Below are positions 50,161-61,190 of a stretch of 64,000 nt of DNA, one piece after another; within the stretch, counting starts at the first letter, position 1, and every line of letters begins with the position of its first letter. The translations under genes and the position numbers were made by a program. The stretch spans positions 57,040,001 through 57,104,000 of the forward strand of contig NC_083225.1 in the NCBI RefSeq assembly GCF_032191835.1. Direction: 5' to 3'. This stretch comes from Heteronotia binoei (taxonomy: Eukaryota). The notes below the pieces were generated by a model, which searched no databases, was not told the origin of the DNA, and was given only the letters and a program-made list of their open reading frames with translations.

Positions 50161-51618
50161 CCTTCCAATGCCATTTCTTCATATCCCCATGCCTTCCTCG
50201 CTTGATTTTTCTTATCTTTGTAGACATAAGATACCCTTATGTTCTAAAACAAGTTCTTATTATTTGCTATGGCTTACACCTAGTGGGTAAATTGAATTTT
50301 CTTTAAGACTTGGTGGGTTGTTAGGAAGTACATGTGATGCTTGATGCAGTTTTATGTGTGGTTGGCTGTGGTTATGGCTGTGAGCCACAGGGATGTCCTT
50401 GCTCTCTTCTTGCTGTGAGAAAAAGGAGGATGTGGTCAAATTGAGGGCACTTCTTTGGTGTATCAGTTTAAGAGGATGACACCTTGGGAAGTCTAAGTTG
50501 AAACAAGACTGGGTGAATTTCTTGAACCTAACAGAGTATTCCTAAACAGGTATATTAAGATTTTATGCCAGTGTATTATAGCAGTGAGAGCATTGTTCTG
50601 TATTCTGGAGGGGTGAGGGTTTTTTGGTTTTTGCCATCTTCCGTGCATGTAGCTGGAGTCAGGGTGTGTGTGGGGAGGAAGTAGTTGTGAATGTCCTGCA
50701 TTGTTCAGGGGTTGAACTAGAGGACCCTGGCTGTCCCTTCCAATTCTATCACTCTATGATCCTACACCAGGAGAGATCTGGGTTTGGATCTTCTCTCAGC
50801 TGTAGGCTCACCATATGACCTTGAGTCAGTCAAATTCTCTCAGCCCCATCATATCTTGTGATGTAGACATGTATTTACCACCTTGAGCCCTCAAGAACTA
50901 AGCTGCAAGCCCTCTGGAACTAGTTTCTGTTTTCCCTGCTAAAGCAGGGGCCTCATTTAGGTCTTGTGTTTTGGTACTGATATTGGTGTGTCTCAGAGTG
51001 TGTTGATCCCGTTGGTTAGAAGCAATTTAGAGATGTGTTGCTGAAGCTTCTAGAGTCTCCTGTGTGTTAGTTATGAAGTAGCACAGGAGTGTAAATGGAA
51101 GATTTTTTTCACTTACCGTGAAGTCTTCCTTCTCTGTGGTCCCAGAGTGGTCCAGTCCTCACTCTTGGGATCATAGCTCCTCCTCTTCGATAGCAGGGCT
51201 TAACAAACTTGACCCGAAGGGGAGGTGCTTGATCCACGGAACTCAGTCCTTCTGTAAGCCATCACACCTCCCTAAATATAACTCCAACAAAAACAGGAGA
51301 AAGAAAACCTAGGGAACCACGTCCCTCCCTCTTAGCTACAAATGGAACCCTTTCCCAAGGAACCTTAAGGAGGGACACACCAAGCTAACGGGTATTGTAA
51401 AAGAGATAACGACCTCCAACTCCTCAACCCTAGGACAAAGCTGATACCCTCCGACACAACTGGATGGGTAGGACTGGACCACTCCGGGACCACAGAGAAG
51501 GAAGACTTCACGGTAAGGGAAAAGAATCTTCTGTTCTCCAGTGGTCCTATGAGTGGGCCAATCCTCACTCTTGGGACATAAAAAAGCCTTGTCCCAGGGT
51601 GGGCCTTTCAGCTTTGCC

Positions 51619-53000
51619 CCTAGGCCACATGTTGGAGGACTTTCCTGCCAAATGCAGCCTCAGTCGAGGCCACCTTATTATATATGGACATATGAAGCTG
51701 CCTTATACTGAATCAGACCCTTGGTCCATCAAAGGCAGTATTGTCTACTCAGACTGGCAGCGGCTCTCCAGGGTCTCAAGCTGAGGTTTTTCACACCTAT
51801 TTGCCTGAACCCTTTTTTGGAAATGCCAGGGATTGAACCTGGGACCTTCTGCTTACCAAGCAGATGCTCCACCACTGAGCCACCATCCCTCCCCGAGGGA
51901 TCAATCCTGTAGTGTCTAGTGAAGGAATGAACAGACTTCCAGGTAGCCGCCTTACACACTACCTCCATGGAAGGGAAGGCCCTATAGGCTACTGAAGTAG
52001 CTGCCCCTCTAAGAGAATGAGCTGTCACCCCTCTTGGGGACTCCAATCCTTTTGCCTTGTAAGCCTCGCAAATGCATCCCCTGATCCACCTACTAATGGT
52101 GGAAGATGACACCTTGCTCCCACTTTCTGACACCCTGAAAGACACAAACAAAGAATCAGACTGGCGAAACTCTTTTGTTCTATCCAAATAGAAACTAAGA
52201 GCTCTGCGTACATCCAGACAGTGCCACCATTCCTCCTTCTCATGAACTGGATTGGGACAGAAAGATGGGAGCACAATATCCTCTTCCCTATGAAAACGAG
52301 AATTCACCTTTGGCACAAATGCAAGGTCTGTACGTAACACCACCTTATCCTGATGGAATACGCACAGATCCTTATGAGTGGAAAGAGCCTGGAGTTCTGA
52401 TACCCTACGCACCAAAGTGATACCCACCAAGAACACCGTCTTAAAGATGAGCAACTTGAGACTACATGACGCCATAGGTTCAAAGGGCTTGCCATAGAGT
52501 GCATTCAACACCGTGTTTAGATTCCATGATGGGAACCTATGCACCTGCAGTGGGTTGATCAGGGCCACCCCCCTCAGGAACCGCCTGACATGCGGATGAG
52601 TTGAAATAAAACTGCCCTTCTTAGACCCTCTAACCGCTGCTATGGCCACCACCTGTCTATGCAGTGTACTGGTACTGAGACCTTTCTCTAGCCTTTCCTA
52701 TAGGAAAGCTAATAAAACTGAAACTGAAGCCTGTAAAGGATCTTCCCCTTTTTCCACACACCAGGCATGGAACACCTGCCAGGTGACATTATAAGTTCTA
52801 TTGGTAGACGTCTTCCTAGAAGACAACATGGTGTCTACTACCGAGATGGAATAGCCTAAGTTAATCAATTGCTGCCGCTCAACCTCCAAGCAGTGAACTG
52901 GAGCAGTTTCGGCTGCGGATGATTCAATCTGCCCTGAGAAAGCAGATTTGGTCTCAATGGAATCCGCCATGGAGCCTCTACTGATAGCCTTTGAAGTTCC
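51619..53000 (-). pseudogene. DIRS tyrosine recombinase, disrupted by one in-frame TAG (52698-52700) and a SINE insertion
   Basis: ORFs 52698-53039 and 51729-52652 share a frame (AFL*ERLEKGLS). The native C-terminus VASTEAAFGRKVLQHVA* lies on the far side of the SINE. Confidence 0.88.
51686..51894 (-). mobile_element. tRNA-derived SINE (tRNA-Ala-like head) inserted in the YR gene
   Basis: Box A TGGCTCAGTGG, box B GGTTCAATCCC, then a non-tRNA body; near-identical to 54590-54801. Confidence 0.88.
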
Positions 53001-53654
53001 TGGAACCAGGCTCTCCGAGCCAAAAAGGGGCCACCACAATCACTTCCACGTTCTGTTCCTGGACTCTCTGTAGGAATCGTTGGATGATCTGAAAGGGGGG
53101 AAAGGCATACAAGAGAGTCTGCGGCCAGTCCGTATTTAGCGCATCGATAGCCATAGCTCCTCTGCTTCTGGTTCTTGAAAAATACTGGGGCACGTGATGA
53201 TTGTCGTCCGATGCAAACAGGTCCATTCCCGGCATCCTGAATCTTTGGCAAATCTCTTGAAATGTCTCTTGGTGGAGGGACCATTCCGATTGGTTTAGTG
53301 ACTGCTGGCTCAGCCAATCCGCCACCACATTGTCTTTCCCCGCCACATGAGTGGCTTTGATCGACCGAAGATGGACTTCCACCCATCAGAACAGGGCCTC
53401 TGCTTCGTCTTGAAGCTTTCGGTACCTGGTGCTTCCTTTGAGATTTACATAGGCCTTCGCTGTTATATTGTCTGTCTGTATCAGAACGTGTGTCCTGACC
53501 ACACGCTTTTCCATGTGAAGCAAGGCAAGTCGTATGGCCCTCAACTCTAGAAGGTTTTTGCTTTCCCTGGCTTCCTGAGTACTCCACTGACCTTGTGCTA
53601 CTGCTCCTGTCATGTGAGCTTCCCAACCAAAAAGGCTAGCATCTGTGGTTAACA
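52900..53654 (-). pseudogene. DIRS RNase H plus Dam-like methyltransferase domain (frameshifted)
   Basis: HVAGKDNVVADWLS then EWSLH...MDLFASDDNHH..QYFSR...AIDAL...W...LYAFPPF...VIVVAPFW. Confidence 0.85.
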
Positions 53655-54123
53655 CCAGTAGCATCTTTAAGACCATCAAAGTTTTATTACGAACGTAAGT
53701 GTGCACACACACTTTGCCAGCCAATGAAATGGGGTACAATGAGCAGTGCTACATATAGCTGATGGGCAGTGGTTAAGCATGCAAAGTAGTACAAAGTTAG
53801 AATCCAATGGCAAAATAGTGAAATTAACAAATTGAAATAAGTTTGGTCTGTATAGCATTTGCCTGGGAAAACAAAAAGGCAATAAAATATGTCAGAATTG
53901 GAGAATAGTGAGAGTGTCACAAGACAATAAATGTAGTCTGTTTGCTCTATTGCTCCTCAAGCAATTGGATTCTAACTTTGTACTACTTTGCATGCTTAAC
54001 CACTGCCCACCAGCTATATGTAGCACTGCTCACTATACCCCATTTCATTGTCTGACAAAGTGTGTATGCACATGAAAGTTTACATTCTGAATAATACTTT
54101 GTTGGTTTTAAAGGTGCTACTGG
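53655..54123. repeat. Inverted pair of Penelope-like terminal repeats (about 155-bp arms, about 155-bp spacer)
   Basis: 53655-53808 is the approximate reverse complement of 53964-54123; the right arm contains CTGACAA-AG-TGTG-TATG-CACA-T-GAAA. Confidence 0.8.
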
Positions 54124-54589
54124 ACTTCAGCTTCGTTCTTCTGCAACCTATGCAATTGAATTTGGGAAATTTACATTTACTGAGGACCCCTTGAAGTTTT
54201 GCTCTGTGAGAGGGGCACCTCATTAAAAATTCTTTGCAATGTCCTGCATGGCTGGAAGTCCTCTGGTCCTATACAAACGAGTCCATCCAGGTCAGTCTTG
54301 CAAAATTGTAATGTTCAGAAGAATGTTTCTTGTGGTGGCATTAGATATGTAGCACATTGAAACAGTCCAAGAAAGCACTGCTATAATGGAACAGGAGTGT
54401 AATCTATTGCAAGGACTTTTCTAAGTATTATCCTGCTTTTACTGCATTGTCTTCTACCCTTGTAATTCTACATACTACATTGTTTATAGTATACCTTGTC
54501 TTAGGTGACTTGTGCACATTGCCTTTTAATTTTGTACCATAACATTGTTCATTGGTTATCTTATGCTGAAGGAGTAGAATAAAGTGCAT

Positions 54590-54801
54590 ATGAACTTATG
54601 AAGCTGCCTTATACTGAATCAGACCTTTGGTCCATCAAAGTCAGTAGTCTACTCAGACTGGCAGTGGCTCTCCAGGGTCTCAAGCTGAGGTTTTTCACAC
54701 CTATTTTCCTGGACCCCTTTTAATTGGAGATGCAGGGGATTGAACCTGGGACCCTCTGCTTACCAAGCTGATGCTCTACCACTGAGCCACTGTCCCTCCC
54801 C
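54590..54801 (-). mobile_element. tRNA-derived SINE (tRNA-Ala-like head)
   Basis: Same sequence family as 51686-51894. Confidence 0.88.
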
Positions 54802-54805
54802 AGTA

Positions 54806-54885
54806 AGAGTCCAGTGGCACCTTTAAGACCATCAAAGTTTTATTCAGGGTATGAGCTTTTGTGTTTAAGCACACTCCCTTCAGTT
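54806..54885 (-). repeat. Penelope-like terminal-repeat remnant
   Basis: AGAGTCCAGTGGCACCTTTAAGACCATCAAAGTTTTATT...ATGAGCTTT, same family as 53655. Confidence 0.65.
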
Positions 54886-57194
54886 AAAAGGAGTCTTTAT
54901 ATTCTGTAACCCACCTTGAATCTCAGCAAGAAAGCTGGTCTATAAATAAATGAAAGTGCTGGACTGATAGGAACAATCTGTTAAGCTTATTAAAGCTGAC
55001 ACACATGATAATGTCCACGTACAATATATTTCTTGACTGGAAGTTAAAAAGGTGGCTAGCAGGGATGTAAACAAAACGGTTCAGAAACTGCAAAAAATTT
55101 CAAATTGTGTCCCTTAAAGAAAGAAGAAAAGAAGCAAACAAAGCAAAAGAAATCCCAGATGAGTACTATATGCCGCAGTTGGCTGGGTTTTGTTTATTTG
55201 TTTTAATTCAGTTTTCATTGAATCAAGGACTTCTATATTACATCTCTGATGCAGTGTTAATTAGGAAGGGACTCTCTTGCTGTTGTACTTTGTTTGTCAA
55301 AGGAAAATAATAGAAGCATGGTGCATTGTCACTTTTTTGGTAGCTTTGCCTTGCTGCTTGGTTTTGTGATGTACTTTGGAAAAGGGAAGAAAAATAACAG
55401 GTCTCACATTTTAAATACAAGCCTCTGGGGTAGGTAGATGATGGAATCCTAAAATGCAGTACTAGCACTTAGAACCTAAAGGCAATTTTTATATGCTTAA
55501 CATGACTTATATACTTATCATGACTTTCATTTACTAACTATACACTGATATATGAAGCTCACCTGTGAAACTCTGCTTATCTTATTGGCAGCCTTTTGTG
55601 CTTCACACAGAATTCTTTGAATGTTTTACCCAAACTAAGAAAGATTGGTGGCAACACTGAATATCCGATTTCTGTGGGTATGTTGTGTGGTATTTTATGC
55701 ACTTTCCCTACCCAGCATCATTGGAACATGTCGGCATATTAAACCTTTGCTTAAAACTAATAAAATCCAGACATGTATATTTATTTCAAGATCACTTTTT
55801 GACTTGTAGCAGAATCAATACCCATTCACCATTCATTGTGCTGTCTTACCCTAATTGTGAATCTGTGATTCTTGATCATTCAGGACTAAGAAGAATAAAT
55901 AGATCCCTTACTACTTCCTTCCATTATGTTACATATTTAACATTAGGAACTCAAAACCTTGTATGTCAACTTTACTCTTGATCCTAAGTTGCAGTCCTCT
56001 AACAGTCCCATATTACTCTAATAGAGTAGCCTTCATACACTTTTAAATCATACCTGGTTCAGGGAACAACTGCTTTCCCATGGTGGGCAGATGATCCCAG
56101 GAATTTTTCCTAGGCAAATCCTAAATTCTCTCTCCTCTCATTATTTACCATCCCAGGATTAATAACTTCTAAGTCAGTCATCCCCTTCTTTGGAGAACCT
56201 CCTACTCCTCCAACCTTGAAGGTTGGGAGCTAGATCTCAGAACTTTTGACATGTATGGAACTATTATCCATAAATAGATATAAATCAGAAAGAGATTAAA
56301 AATATTTTTTAAAACCCAACTATCATCCTCCCCTACCACAATTAGTATGATTTCTGTCAGGGTGAGAAATCTTGTGAGTACAATGGGCATCCATATGTTT
56401 GTGCACCAGCAAGGAGCATCTTTCTCAGTTATTACATCAACTGTGTGTTGGATGTGAAGATGATGTCCCAGCTCTTCTACCATGCAAAGAAGGAAAGGTA
56501 GCTATCAGGACCATTTCTTTAACACTCAGAAGCAGTAGCAGAGTAGCATCCTCTAAGCACAAGTACATCTCTCTGGCTAATTGAGGCAGCTTACTGAGGA
56601 TTCTTTCCCATCTGCTTTTATTTTGCTTTCCACTTGCAAAGTCATTTCAAGATTCATACTGATTTGCTTAATAAGGTTCTGCAGGGAGCCATATTATATG
56701 GAGACAAGGGTTATGAACAAATGTTCCCATTCTAAATGGGCTCCCTGGCATTTCTAACATGTTTCTCTCTGTGCAACTCTTTTGCCCTCCCAGTTGGAAG
56801 AACGAGACAACACGGTAAATTGGGTAAACAAACAGGGCAACTTTATTGAACAAAACGGCCTGGGCAACCTAAAACTTCCAGACAGGCCAAGGAAAAAAAC
56901 CCAGACCCTTCCCTGTCCGGATAGGGCGAGCCACCCAGCCCCCAGCAGTAGCCCGTTTATACCGGCTACTACCAGGCCGGCGAAGGCCGGGTATACCCCC
57001 AAATGGCAATGCCGCCCACCCAGGAAAGGCCTGCCAGAGGAGCGAACCCTATAGCGGGCATCACAGCAGAGAGCCTTACAGCCCCGCTGCCGTCCCATCC
57101 CGCTACTTCCCTTGAAAATGGGAAAACCGAGGGTGCACACCATGTACCTAAATACCTACATCAAACTCCGGCCACCATAATGCCAAGCCTCAGC

Positions 57195-57790
57195 TTAGGC
57201 ACTTGGGCCCACCGGTTGGCCTAAAGCCAACCGAAGCCCCAGCCGTAGTTCCAGCAAAAATGCCATTTCCTTTATGGACAGGTGGACACCATCCTGCCGA
57301 TATAGGTCCGCCACATCTGACCTAATAGCAGGGTGAGGCAGATAAACACCAACACCACCAGCTAGCGCCCTCTTAATCACCTTATTGGTCTTGCGCCTCG
57401 CTCGTTCGATCCCCGTGGGATCCCAGGCGGCTCTCCAAACCCTGCGAGGAAGGATGGCGGACCACAGTATAAGCACTTCAGGCCACCTGCTCCGTATCAC
57501 CTTGAGGTCTTCGACCGCCTGTAGTGAAAGGGCCTTCCTCTTCAACAGGCCAAGATCGTTACCACCAAGGTGGATAACCAATAAATGTGGCGGAAGACCC
57601 ATCCTCCCCTGAAAAAGAAGAGGCAGGAGTCCGGCCCAGCGAAGGCCCCGATGCCCCTGCCATTCGACCACTGCCCACTCGCTGAGTCCCAATTGCGATC
57701 CAATTGGCGAACGCTGAGCCTGGTGGGCAGCCCAAAACACCATGCTGTGGCCAGATATCAAAATCCTTCGCCTCTCTCGCCGTGCCACAG
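57195..57790 (-). CDS. SGNH/GDSL-like hydrolase ORF of the Ngaro element
   Basis: Within ORF 57195-58004: ILISGHSMVFWA (block I Ser), G.RGLRW (block II), VIHLGGND (block III), YRQDGVHLS (block V DxxH). Confidence 0.85.
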
Positions 57791-57840
57791 CACCTAAACA
57801 AAATAAAAAGAACAGAGTGACCAACACTGGCAACACCAAA

Positions 57841-58790
57841 TTAATGCCCTCTGGGCAACAATGGGCGAACATAACCCTTATACGCCGAGGACCTCCAGCG
57901 CCCCACATGCTGTATGGCCAGTCCAGGGTACCCCATGGCGGCTGCAGTGGATGCCGCACCAATCCGAAATGAATGGGTCCTGAACCTGACCCCCCCAAGG
58001 CCAAGCTTCTCCAAGGCCCAGCTGGTGATGGACCAAAATTGAGACTTGGTCAAAGGTGACCAGTCCTCATGACAAAATAACGGGCTGGCGGCTTCACCCC
58101 TCGCAGTGATGTATTGCTTCAATGCCTCTACTGGACAAATTTCCAGATCAATACATGGACCCAAAGTAATGACAGTACCCCTCTGTCTTTGATCCGTCTT
58201 GGACCTGCGTACCTTAATAGCTACAAGGTCCCCTTGAATTTTTAAGTCCCCAGACTGCAGGGCACATCCAGAGAAGTCCTGCCGCGAGCTAACAACCAGC
58301 TCGCTAACCCTGAGTGCCCCAAAAAAGGCAGTCATAGTCGCCGTCTGAAACAACAAGGCTTCAAACTTAGAAAAACAAACAGTAGGCCATACCGCCCGGA
58401 ATCCCCCTAAGACCAAGGGCGAAATTGGTTGGCGGGTGTCAGGCCAAGGACCCTGCTCCCGTGCCCAACCTTCCAGCATCTTACAGAGCCGAAAATCATC
58501 AGTAGCATCAGAAAACCCCCCGATTTTACTTGTAAAAGCTAAGGCTGCCAACTTAGCCCTGATGGACTTAACCACTAGCCCCTTACCTTTCAATTGCACG
58601 CAGAACTGCATAAGATGGGCTGCTGATATGGGCCGCAGCTTGGCCAACCCTACCTGTTCCCTAAAAGCATGGAACTGCTCAAAAGAGTGATTATAGACCT
58701 TCCTGGTACTGGGTGCCAGAGCTAACATCATTGCCCGGTCTGCCTCAACTCTCCAAGCTGCCACATCTCTGGGGGCATCTGAGCAGGCAG
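57841..58790 (-). CDS. Ngaro tyrosine recombinase (open frame, catalytic residues present)
   Basis: LAPSTRKVY; FFGALRVSEL; SKTDQ; CPVEAL; THSFRIGAAS; GRWRSSAYKGYVR. Confidence 0.92.
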
Positions 58791-58814
58791 GAGGTCGGCC
58801 TCTGGTGTGAGCTG

Positions 58815-61190
58815 TCAAAATCGTTCCATCTGCCGACGACACAGAGCATCTGCAACCCCATTGCACACACCTGACACATGCTTAGCAAGGAATAAAATAT
58901 TTGTCACGGGCTGAGGCCAGGTCAGGCAAAGTCCAGGGGCAGTCCAAGGTCTGTAGCTGGTGAGCAAAGAGGGTCCAAGGCGCCAAAACCGAATCACAGT
59001 CCAGGTATCGCAGGTCAGAGGTTCAGAAGCCGAAGTCAGGGGGTCCAGAAGTCAAAGCCAAAGTCAGGGAGTCCAGAAGCCAAAGTCAAAAGCCAAAGTG
59101 GATGCTAGACCATCAGGTAAGTGACTAGTTGCTTCCCCAAAGCCTCCTCCCAAAGCCCACAGCTATATAGCCCTCTGCTGGCTGTTGCCCATTTGGGCTA
59201 ATTGCTGGCTCAGAGAGGCAGCCAGGATCCTGCTGAGACTCAAGCATCCTCACTCCAGAAGGGCCAGAATCCTTTCAAAACTCAGGGCTCAGGGAGCGTC
59301 TTGCTCGTGAGCGTGCCGCCCTCCTCCGATCCCTGAGGTCCTGACGAAGGCAGTCACGCACATGAGCCACCCGAGAGGGCGAGGCAGGGGGGCTTGGATC
59401 TTCTCCAGCAGGAGGCAGGAGCACTGGTGCAGGTGGCAGGGGCACAGTTTCTTCTGCAGGCTCAGCTTCTTCTGCAGGGTCCCCAGCACCCATGACAATA
59501 TTCAAACGTAAACAGCGTAAGGTAAAAGCCCTAACTAGGCACATAACAGGAACAGATTTAGAGGTTAGCGAATTAATAACATGCACTACTGCCATGTTAT
59601 CGCACCAAAAGTGCATGACATGGTTGGCTAATTCCTCACCCCACAACTGAACAGCCACGACAATTGGAAAGAACTCCAGGAAGGTCAAATTACGACACAG
59701 ATTGCTATTCAGCCATTCAGTGGGCCAACCCTCCGCCCACCAGTGCCCACAAAAATAAAGCCCAAACCCAGTGGAGCCCGCAGAATCCGATGTGATCTGA
59801 AGATCCACCTCGATCCTCATATCCTCTCGCCAAATGAAACCCCATTGAACGCGGACAAGAATTGGTCCCATACCTCAAAATCTTGCCTCATTCCTCGGCT
59901 GATCCTGATCTGATGATAGGGCATTCGTAGCGCTTCCATAGCATCACACAATCATTGCAAAAACGCCCTCCCTGGGGCCACCACTTTGCACACAAAGTTA
60001 AGATGGCTGACGATCTGCTGGAGCTCCAATAGTGAAATCTTACGCTTACCCCTCAACGATGCCAGTTTCTGCCAAAGACTATTAATTTTTTCAGCCGGCA
60101 AACGTGAAGCCTGCCGCACCGTATCCAATTCAATGCCCCAATAAGTCAAAACTAAAGCCGGGCCCTCCGTTTTTTCATGAGCAAGTGGGACCCCCAGGTC
60201 CTCCACCAGCCTTAAAAAAGATTGAAGCAACTGGGCGCATTGCCCTGACCCCCGTGGGCCCACAAACAAAAAATTGTCCAAATAATGAACTGAATTAGCT
60301 GAGCCCAAGCGCTTGCGCAGGGCCCATTCCAAAAAAGTGCTAAAACGTTCAAAAGCTGAACAAGAAATGGAACAACCCATCGGCAAGGCCCTGTTTATAT
60401 AATACCTACCCTCAAACATGAACCCAAGAAGTTCAAAGTCATCAGGGTGTACCGGCAACAGGCAAAAAGCAGACTTGATGTCGCATTTTGCCATTTCCGC
60501 CCCTGATCTGCAACTCCAGACCACTTTGACCGCCTGGTCAAAGGAGGTGTACCGGACTGTACACAGGAAGTCGGGAATGGTGTCATTCACCGACCCCCCT
60601 TTTGGGTAGGACAGATGGTGAATCAAGCGGAACTCACCCGGGTCCTTTTTAGGCACCACCCCTAACGGAGATACCCGAAGATTGGGAATGGGGGGAGAGT
60701 CAAAGAGGCCAAGCACACGGCCCTCCTTACACTCTTTACCGATCTTTTCCTTAACCACATGCTGCATCCCTTTGATAGAAACTAAATTCTTCGCCATACA
60801 GGGTCCTCTAGGTCCCTGAAATGGGATACAAAAACCTTCCCACAAATAGACCCTGTCACTCGCCCTGGGATAATCAGCCAACAGGCTCCTAAGTACCCTC
60901 AACTTGATGGGGCTGGGACCCTTTGTGAGATGCTTGGGTATTCCCGCTCCCACCTGACCGTTTACTCCCGGGTCGGGATTTGGACTTATGGCATGCCGAC
61001 AAAGTGTGGGAACCTCCACACAGCGGGCACTCATGCTTGTACTTGCATGTTTTTCTGTTACATACACCTTGGGACGTGTACTCCCAACACAGCAGCTGGG
61101 GTTGAACCGACTGCCCCGCTGCCACGTGGGGACCCAATACACTCGCCTGTTTGCTAACCAAGTGACCACTGTCCGACCTATCTCCAGCAT
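58815..61190 (-). pseudogene. Ngaro RT-RNase H (pol), with premature stop, frameshift and LTR insertion
   Basis: SPLGVVPKK..GEFRLIHHLSYP; KCDIKSAF; LPMGCSIS; HYLDN (YxDD decayed); TGA at 59952; TSDSAG..GFG; FLEFFPI; CDNMAVV; after the LTR, AKHVSGVCNGVADAL. Confidence 0.9.
58902..59497 (-). mobile_element. Solo LTR (596 bp, probably Gypsy-type) inserted in the Ngaro RNase H
   Basis: TG...CA ends; 9-bp terminal inverted repeat TGTCACGGG / CCCATGACA (8/9); perfect 5-bp TSD ATATT (58897-58901, 59498-59502). Orientation is inferred. Confidence 0.92.

Larger units (their letters stand above)
51098..53654 (-). mobile_element. DIRS1-type YR retrotransposon, 5' truncated (RNase H, MT, YR, ICR, right terminus)
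   Basis: TTDASLFGW...NLLELRAI...TDN..A.AY (RNase H); DLFAS...YAFPPF (MT); YR with RRVSEL, K, HSLR, W, HY. The 62-bp inverted repeat 51098-51159 / 51470-51531 fits ICR/terminus architecture. Confidence 0.93.

Noticed and set aside
51686-51894. Possible tRNA-Ala gene (also 54590-54801)
   Set aside because: Only the 5' head is tRNA-like; it lacks an acceptor-stem 3' half and continues into a repeated SINE body.
56429-56497. Candidate 69-bp host exon (ctttctcAG...AG/gtagct; YYINCVLDVKMMSQLFYHAKKE or LLHQLCVGCEDDVPALLPCKEGK)
   Set aside because: Weak donor, no recognised protein and no partner exons; needs RNA-seq or tblastx to revive.
59275-59871. 198-aa ORF as a standalone gene
   Set aside because: It is a chimera of Ngaro RNase H and the inserted LTR, shown by the ATATT TSD.
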